A stretch of DNA of 14,151 nt, from positions 1 to 14,151 of the forward strand of contig NW_021825853.1 of assembly GCF_006345805.1 (NCBI RefSeq), read 5' to 3'. Within the stretch, counting starts at the first letter, position 1. Each line of letters opens with the position of its first letter. A program made the translations under genes and the position numbers. The stretch comes from Octopus sinensis. Taxonomy: Eukaryota. A model generated the notes under the pieces. The model ran no database searches. It was given only the letters and a program-made list of their open reading frames with translations, and had not been told where the DNA came from. This document shows, in pieces, positions 7,902-14,151 of this stretch.

Positions 7902-8064
7902 CTTTTACTTGTTTCCGTCATTAGACTCCGGTCATGCTGGGGCACCGCTTTGAAGAGTTCTTAGTTGAATGAATCCTTTCCATTACTGTTTGTTTTTGTT
8001 TTTGATAAACCTGGTGCACTTATTCCACAGGTCTCTTTATGAGGACATAAACAGAACGACACCG
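7902..8064 (-). mobile_element. SINE family B, 3' half of an older subfamily, with an internal deletion
   Basis: CTTTTACTTGTTTCCGTCATTAGACTCCGGTCATGCTGGGGCACCGCTTTGAAG matches 5718-5770; the GCCGAACCGCTAAG segment is missing between GGTCTCTTT and GAGGACATAAAC. Confidence 0.8.
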
Positions 8065-8073
8065 TGTGTGTGG

Positions 8074-8110
8074 ATATATATATATATATATATATATAAA
8101 TATATATATA
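8074..8110. repeat. (TA)n microsatellite between two opposed SINE B copies
   Basis: Directly visible. Confidence 0.95.
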
Positions 8111-8119
8111 CATACATCC

Positions 8120-8504
8120 TGGTTGTGTGGTAAGTAGCTTGCTTGCCAACCACATGGTTCCGGGATCAATCCTACTGCGTGGCACCTTGGGCAAGTGTCT
8201 TCTACTATAGCCTCGGGCCGACCAAAGCCTTGTAAGTGGATTTGGTAGACGGAAACTGAAGGAAGCCTGTCGCATATATGTGTATGTATATATATGTGTG
8301 TGTTTATGTTTGTCTGTGTTTGTCTCCCCAACATCGCTTGACAACCGATGCTGGTATGTTTACGTCCCCGTAACTTAGCGGTTCGGTAAAAGAGAGTGAT
8401 AGAATAAGTACTAGGCTTTCAAAGAATAAGTCCTGGGGTCGGTTTGCTCGACTAAAGGCGGTGCTCCAGCATGTCCACAGTCAAATGACTGAAGTAAAAG
8501 AGTA
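8120..8504 (+). mobile_element. SINE family B (CORE-like), near full length
   Basis: TGGTTGTGTGGTAAGTAGCTTGCTTGCCAACCACATGGTTCCGGGATCAATCC...GGCACCTTGGGCAAGTGTCTT...GACTAAAGGCGGTGCTCCAGCATG...GAAGTAAAAGAGTA; reverse complement of 5715-6108 over its length. Confidence 0.93.
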
Positions 8505-8506
8505 GT

Positions 8507-8586
8507 GGAATTTGAACTCAGGATGCAAAGATTCAGAAAAACAATATCGCGATTCATTACATCCATCACGTTAACGACTCTGCGAA
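8507..8586 (-). mobile_element. SINE family A, degenerate head fragment
   Basis: Reverse complement reads GCAGAGTCGTTAACG...CTTTGCATCCTGAGTTCAAATTCC. Confidence 0.6.
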
Positions 8587-9273
8587 TTGTACACCATGTT
8601 GAATGAAAAACTCATGCTTGGTGGATCTGAAATTTTTTTAGATATTCTATCGAGTCCTTTAGTGTCAGTATATTTTACATAGTAGAGAGGTTAGAAAAGT
8701 TAACTACGACACACTAATTTTAAAATTAGGAAATTTCAATGTCGTCCAAAGAAAACAAATTTACGCTCCGACTGCTGATTCCCATGGCTTGGAAGCATGA
8801 CATTCATTGCTACCATTGGCCTACTTTTGGTTGTGGAGACAACATTGTACATTACATAACATTGGGATGATGTCCATTACATCAGTAACGTCATAAATAT
8901 ATAAGCTCCATAGAACAATACGAATTAATCAGGGCTGAGATATATTCTGGGCTTGACGAAGAACCCTCTTTAAGAAGATTCAATAATGCCATATATGTGA
9001 AACAATGAAATATCAGGAGACATTGTAAGGGTAATTTAGTCTTAGATACTGTGTGTCTGAATGAAAAAATGGAAAAGAAAAAAGAATGAGGTGGGCATGG
9101 CAGTGACTCCGGAGTTTACTTAAACTTATACAACAATAGGTTGATTGGGAGTCTCATGCCAGTCAAGTTCCAAGAAACTGTTATCAATGACAACAAAGCG
9201 TTGCTTTAACAGAAGCTCTCAAGGGATGAACTTCATTTGAGTATGTATCGTAGAAGTTTGTCTTTATATAAAC

Positions 9274-9308
<35 letters not shown>

Positions 9309-9391
9309 ACACACATTCACGCACGCACACATACACACACACACATTCACGCACACATACACTCACGCATCCCCACACACACCCATGCACA
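9274..9391. repeat. (CA)n compound microsatellite
   Basis: Directly visible. Confidence 0.95.
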
Positions 9392-9800
9392 GAAATATGT
9401 GTGTGCGTGCGTAGATAAACGCGCGTTTATTTGAATGTTAACTGCGAGCAGATCGTCTGTTTCAGGTTGTGCAATAGGTTCTCATTCGGTCCAAATATTG
9501 AATATACCTCTTTATGGCCTAAAATTTAGAATGCTATGTCCCTTGTTAAAGGTAACGATACAAAGGAGGAGAGAATAATTCAATGATCAGCAAGTCTGTG
9601 TTTCAGGTAGACCTTTATGAATGTTAAATAATTAACTGTTTATCTAATAGGGAAGCTCTTGTCAATTGTTGAAGTATATTACTAAAATAAACTGCAAAGA
9701 TATCAACCGTAACCAAATGAATCACATCCTGTTGCACACTACGGTTTTTTTTTCTTGTTTTTTTTTCACATCCCCACGTATAGTTCAGTATTTAATAATA

Positions 9801-10033
9801 TATTTCTTTATTGCCCACAAGGGGCTAGTCATAGAGGGGACAAACAAGGACAAAGGGATTAAGTCAATTACATCGACCCCAGTGCGTAACTGGTACTTTA
9901 TTTCATCGACCCCGAAAGGATGAAAGGCAAAGTCGACCTCGGCGGAATTTGAACTCGGAACGTAACGACAGACGAAATACGGCTACGAATTTCGCCCGGC
10001 GTGCTAACGTTTCTACCAGCTCGCCGCCTTGTT
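9801..10033 (-). mobile_element. SINE family A, full length, with 14-bp target-site duplication
   Basis: Reverse complement reads AAGGCGGCGAGCTGGTAGAAACGTTAGC...GAGTTCAAATTCCGCCGAGGTCGAC...GGGCAATAAAGAAATA; AGTATTTAATAATA flanks it at 9787-9800 and 10034-10047. Confidence 0.95.
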
Positions 10034-10219
10034 AGTATTTAATAATACTCTTACACATCCACTTAAATTGGATTTGGAGTTCACTAAATTATGGCTCTTG
10101 CAACAGTTTTAATATTCGTTGATATTTTCGTCCAGTAATTCAGTGGAGGTGTCTAAGAACATAAATCGTCTCGTTAAATGCACAAATATGTTTGAAACTA
10201 GCCTCAGTTGATTTTAAAT

Positions 10220-10452
10220 AAGGCGGCGAGCTGGCAGAATTGTTAGCACACCGAGCGAAATGCTTAGCGATATTTCGTCTGTTCTTACGTTCTGAGTTCA
10301 AATTCCGCCGAGGGCGACTTTGCCTTTCATCCTTTCGGGGTCGATTAAATAAGTACCAGTTACGCGCTGGGATCGATATAATCGACTTAATCCGTTTGTC
10401 TGTCTTTGTCCCTTCTGTGTGTATCCCCTTGTGGGCAGTAAAGAAATAAGAA
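10220..10452 (+). mobile_element. SINE family A, full length
   Basis: AAGGCGGCGAGCTGGCAGAATTGTTAGC (A-box-like)...GAGTTCAAATTCC (B-box-like)...GTGGGCAGTAAAGAAATAAGAA; ~87% identical by hand alignment to the 9801-10033 copy. Confidence 0.95.
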
Positions 10453-10654
10453 TCGTTAGTACGCCGGGCAAAATATGCTTAGAGGCACTGCATCCGTCTT
10501 TACGTCCTGAGTTCAAGTCCCACGGAGGTCAACTTTGTCTTTCATCCTTTCAAAGTCGATGAAATAAGTACCAGTTGAGTACTGGGGTCGATGTAATCGA
10601 CTAGTCCCCTCCCCAGCATTTCAGGTCTCGTGCTTGTAGCAGGAAGGATATTTT
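10450..10654 (+). mobile_element. SINE family A, second subfamily (CCCCTCCCC...AGGAT tail), abutting the previous copy
   Basis: GAATCGTTAGTACGCCGGGCAAAA...CTGAGTTCAAGTCC...GGGGTCGATGTAATCGACTAGTCCCCTCCCC...GGAAGGATATTTT. Confidence 0.88.
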
Positions 10655-10920
10655 CATCCAGTATTCGAATACACTTAAAGCCCGAAAGACGATTTTCATT
10701 TAAAATACATCCAAAGTACGTGACACCCTCTTCTGTACATTTGTATTTTCCCGCTAAAACAACACACATCCGTGAGCGAACACAATCATACACAAATACG
10801 TAAACATTTACACATACACGCACACATATACGGACGCGCACTTATACATGTATGAGTTTGTATGCTGAAGCTATTCACACTGTAGTCTGTTCCAGCATCT
10901 TCAACTGTCTTTGTTATTAG

Positions 10921-10992
10921 CTATCTGTGTCAGAGAGTGTGAGAAGGGCGAAGTGGGTGAAGAGGAGATGGCTATGAAACCATGCCGTCCAG
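10921..10992 (+). CDS. Candidate 72-nt phase-1 symmetric exon (unverified)
   Basis: Acceptor TGTCTTTGTTATTAG| and donor CAG|GTTTGT; only one frame is open, giving (A)ICVRECEKGEVGEEEMAMKPCRP(G). No homology confirmed. Confidence 0.2.
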
Positions 10993-11056
10993 GTTTGTTT
11001 GGAGATTGTTCCATATACATTCTCTTACTCTCTACTCTATCTATATTTGTGTGTGT

Positions 11057-11083
11057 AGAGGGAGAGAGAGAGAGAGAGAGAGA
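11057..11083. repeat. (GA)n microsatellite
   Basis: Directly visible. Confidence 0.93.
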
Positions 11084-11692
11084 AGGAGTAGGGAGGAAGT
11101 GGAGTATGTTAAACAGTTAAACACATACATACGTATAATTTACGTTAATGTGCTCATATATAAGAGCAGGCATTTACATCTACGCATGGGGATGGATAGG
11201 GCGCGCGCGCGTGTGCGTGCGTGTGTGTATGGAAGCGCATTGAGACAAACATATAATCATATTATTGATACATATATTTAATAGGAAAAAGTACTCATTG
11301 CAAGTGTGTGTGTGTGTTCGTGTGTGTAAAACAAGTGGATGTCTGAACAACTTATTCGTCATGAAGCAAACGCACACACACACACACGCACACACATACA
11401 TACATACATATGCGCATCTAATAAAGACATAGGAAACACACACGCGCCCATGCACAATGTACGCTTTCTGCCTGCAGGCCAGAAGTATTAACACTTTTAG
11501 AACACTTATAAGTTATTAGCGGACGCATGTGACGAGGAGAAGGAAGAGGAGAGGCAACTAAAAGCAAGAGTAAGGGAATGAGAGAATAGGTTTGGTGATG
11601 CTGGTTGTATTGGTGGTGGTAGGAGTGGTGGTTGTGGTGATGTGGTTGAAGTAGATGTAAAACAGAAAGACAGAAAGAGATGGTGAAACCTA

Positions 11693-11720
11693 TTGTTGTT
11701 GTTGTTGTTGTTGTTGTTGT
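11693..11720. repeat. (TTG)n trinucleotide repeat; possibly the (CAA)n tail of a minus-strand retroposon end at ~11721-11746
   Basis: The repeat is directly visible. The adjacent minus-strand ATCAGGGCTGGCCTTGAGCTACACAACAAC resembles, from memory only, an octopus repeat terminus. Confidence 0.9.
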
Positions 11721-11861
11721 GTAGCTCAAGGCCAGCCCTGATTAATGGTACAGATCGATCTTCCCATTTATACCATATATTTGCCAAGCAGAGCCTTACC
11801 CTGTTCACTCCGATATGCAGTATTGAATTGTACGGGTGCAGTGTGACCGTCTTAGTATATT

Positions 11862-11934
11862 GCGCGCACGCACACACACACAGAGGCACCCCCCTCCACA
11901 CACACACTCTCTCTCTCTCTCTCTCTCCCTCTCT
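11862..11934. repeat. (GC)/(CA)n/(CT)n compound microsatellite
   Basis: Directly visible. Confidence 0.9.
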
Positions 11935-12018
11935 ATAATCTATTTTTGTATGTACGGAGATTCTGGCGGTACGTACGGGTACGTACGGTGGATGTGAACT
12001 GACTAGAAGCAGAGAGTA

Positions 12019-12222
12019 CGAGGTGGGGCTGAAAAGTTCCTGGCTTGGGTAAGATATAATACAAGAGGATCAGTTAGTTATAATTTTATTCAACATATTC
12101 CCCTCTCAGATTCTTCCCATGCTTATTGCAGCGGTCCTTCAGTTTTTCTAAGCCCTGTGAAAGATCTCGGAAGTTTGGTCCTCTAACCAGACCATTAAAA
12201 CCAGGAACTTTTCAGCACCTCA
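12019..12222 (-). mobile_element. Tc1/mariner-derived MITE (internally deleted mariner), 204 bp, TA target-site duplication
   Basis: TA(12017-18)-CGAGGTGGGGCTGAAAAGTTCCTGG ... CCAGGAACTTTTCAGCACCTCA-TA(12223-24); perfect 16-bp inverted core at 12028-12043 / 12201-12216; mariner-like transposase C-terminus inside. Confidence 0.9.
12086..12160 (-). pseudogene. Remnant C-terminus of a mariner transposase
   Basis: Minus frame SQGLEKLKDRCNKHGKNLRGEYVE* matches the typical mariner ending G(I/L)xKLxxRxxKCxxxxGxY(V/F)E*. Confidence 0.75.
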
Positions 12223-12239
12223 TAGAGAATTACTCCTCA

Positions 12240-13410
12240 CCTGAAATTATTGTGCATCAATTATAGTTCACTGTTTGGAATCATTGTGACAGATACTTCT
12301 CTATGTATGTGATTTTTTACGTCCGTCTTGGCTAAGTGGCAGAGATTTCGAAGGATGCTGTAGTAGTGCTCTGGGGTAGCGAGTATCTCTGGGTTTCTTG
12401 AGTGTTTTCCTAATAATGACAAAGAAACGTGGAGTTTACTAAGAAAACAAAGTCATGACTCATTCTCAATAGTTTATCGTAATTATGAAGAAACTGGGGT
12501 CCAGTATAGAACTAGTATGGTCCATGTTAGATCTAATGTAGTCTTTGTACAACATTGATGTGGTTTCTGCTGACCAAATGTCATACCCGTGATTGTTCTG
12601 TGCTTCATTTTGCTTTCTTTAGTGTCTCCTGTGTGTGTGGTGAATGTGAAGAAGTTGGATGCAACTCCTAGTAGTTTTGTATTCTGCATGTAATGTATGT
12701 TTGCGTTGCGCGATAGTTAGCTGTATTCGATGGTCTCTGATGATGTTAGTTAGAAAGGAGACGATTTAAGTTACCGTAGAATATACTGAGCATATTTCTG
12801 GGAAATAGTTGGAAAATGTGAAAGATGATTGTTCTCTGAGTAGGATAGTGTGTATGTTTTGTAGAGAAGGTCATGGAAACGTTGGTTTAGAAAAATGGAT
12901 GAGGAGAGGGTGGACCCTGGAATTCGTCTTTCGGGTAATTACGAGCCCTGGAAGTGTTGCTTTTATATATTACATTGACTGTGCAAGCTCATAGGTTAGT
13001 TGCAAGCCAGTATTTTGTGCTCTTACTAAAGTTATGTTTGGGTACCATGCATTGCATGTGTGGATAGTGGGTAATGGAGTAGAAAACGTTGCTGATTTTG
13101 TTAGTACTTTAAACTGTACAGTGGCAAGGTTGCTTTCTTTTACTTTTGATATGGAAACCATCATATATTTTTAGTTTCATGTTTGAGTAATTTGATGCTT
13201 GAATGTAATGGACTGAACCTGGGTTGCGACTTGAAAAGATGGAGTATATGTCAGTTAGGGATTTCTAGGATTAGCCTTTCAAGAATTTATGAGAGAATGC
13301 CTATGAGGGCGATTTCACTTCCTTTTTCTTTTTGCTTTAGAATAGCTAAAATTTTGCCCAGCTTTCATATTCTGAGAAGTTGACAAGGTTATGGGTTTTT
13401 GAAAATGTAG
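12240..13410 (-). mobile_element. Decayed reverse-transcriptase/thumb region of an I/Jockey-group non-LTR retrotransposon
   Basis: Across frameshifts and stops the RT motifs appear in canonical order: RI*KLGKILAILK (W-K-x-A-x-I-x-x-I-L-K; stop at 13365-67), ILS*ILERLIL, SQPRF (Q-x-G-F), YDGF, KYWLATNL, IPGSTLS (PQGS-x-LS, 12903-12923), SYSEN (SYADD, 12831-12845), KLLGV (12663-74), TFGQQK (12564-81), WTP. Clade and boundaries are approximate. Confidence 0.8.
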
Positions 13411-13501
13411 AAGAGCGCTCGAAGGAAGAAAGAAGTCAAAACTTTAGACTAGGGAGGAGGTGTCCATTTTTTGTTTTGTGTTCCTATCTTCGTTGAATCG
13501 C

Positions 13502-13545
13502 TTTTGGTTACTAATTTTGGTTACTAATTTTGGCTATTAATTTTG
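13502..13545. repeat. 13-bp tandem repeat TTTTGGTTACTAA, ~3.4 copies
   Basis: Units at 13502-13514 and 13515-13527, a variant at 13528-13540, then TTTTG. Confidence 0.9.
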
Positions 13546-14057
13546 CTAGAGATGACGATACTTCAATTCAATATAGGTGCCTTATATCGTGTTTGTGTGT
13601 AGGCATTTGTTATGTCATGGTTCCTTGCCCCACATCTACCGTAAGCCGCTACTTTTGCGCATGGATTCATTCGTTTTCAGGCTGACCATGCTCGTAAACG
13701 TTTTTCAAGCACATCGGTATCTGAGACGCACAAAGAGGACAGTTATAAACCGTACCTTGGATAAAACACAGCAGTTTCAAACCCACATTTTTTTTGTTGT
13801 CAGTGCATTAGGACTTGACTATGCACCTATGCATGTTCCCAAAATAGCTGCGTTTAAACTTGTAATCAGTTATGAACCTGTGTGGTTAGAGACGATGCGT
13901 TTTGTGTGAGTCTGTTTTATGTGAAAATCTGCACACTCCATCTATTTGCATTCGGTTCTGTTGCTCTCGACACACTTGATTTAAATACGTTCTTTTAAAA
14001 ATGTCTCACCGTGTTATTTTTGTTCTTCCTTATCTTCTTTCTCTTTTCACGTTTGTG

Positions 14058-14151
14058 ATTATTATTATCATTATTATTATCATTAGTAGTAGTAGTAGTA
14101 GTAGTAGTGGCAGTAGTAGTAGTAGAAGTAGTAGTAGTAGAAGTAGTAGTA
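14058..14151. repeat. (ATT)n grading into (AGT)n trinucleotide repeat, running off the window
   Basis: Directly visible. Confidence 0.95.

Noticed and set aside
8729-8773. LINE endonuclease motifs GNFN and QIYAPT
   Set aside because: The order is reversed relative to APE domains (YAP precedes GDFN), a stop follows within a few codons, and no other motifs are nearby; likely chance.
10661-10672. 12-bp palindrome GTATTCGAATAC
   Set aside because: Several 6+6 palindromes are expected by chance in 14 kb, and there is no supporting context.
8924-11746. 14-nt inverted match ATTAATCAGGGCTG (8924-8937 vs 11733-11746)
   Set aside because: About one such match is expected by chance in 14 kb, more with AT bias, and it does not extend.
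1581-11938. Most ORFs in the six-frame track (poly-YI, MYVC, HT, S/T/L/V runs)
   Set aside because: They are translations of (TA)n, (TATG)n, (CA)n, (AGT)n and (TTG)n microsatellites or of SINE bodies, which lack stops by composition.

Overview
Eukaryotic, AT-rich, repeat-dominated DNA with no recognisable intact protein-coding gene; it reads as intronic or intergenic sequence. The SINE content points to a coleoid cephalopod, most likely Octopus (recognised from memory, not searched). It holds about 15 copies or fragments of three tRNA-derived SINE families. I label them A (GGCGGCGAGCTGGCAGAA head, 10 copies), B (CORE-like, 4 copies) and C (1 copy); they probably correspond to the octopus OK/OR1/OR2 SINEs, but the name assignment is unverified. 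Also present: a decayed Tx1/L1-clade ORF2 3' end (~4311-4990), a decayed I/Jockey-group reverse transcriptase (~12240-13410, minus), a 204-bp mariner MITE with TA target duplication (12019-12222), and many micro/minisatellites. Most listed ORFs are microsatellite or repeat artefacts. The best leads are a ~210-nt multi-hairpin island inside inverted (CATA)n/(TATG)n arms, several inverted SINE pairs that could form dsRNA editing substrates, a CRISPR-mimicking 34-bp minisatellite, a hairpin that buries a candidate 3' splice site, and a few candidate micro-exons. None is established as a new biological system from sequence alone.
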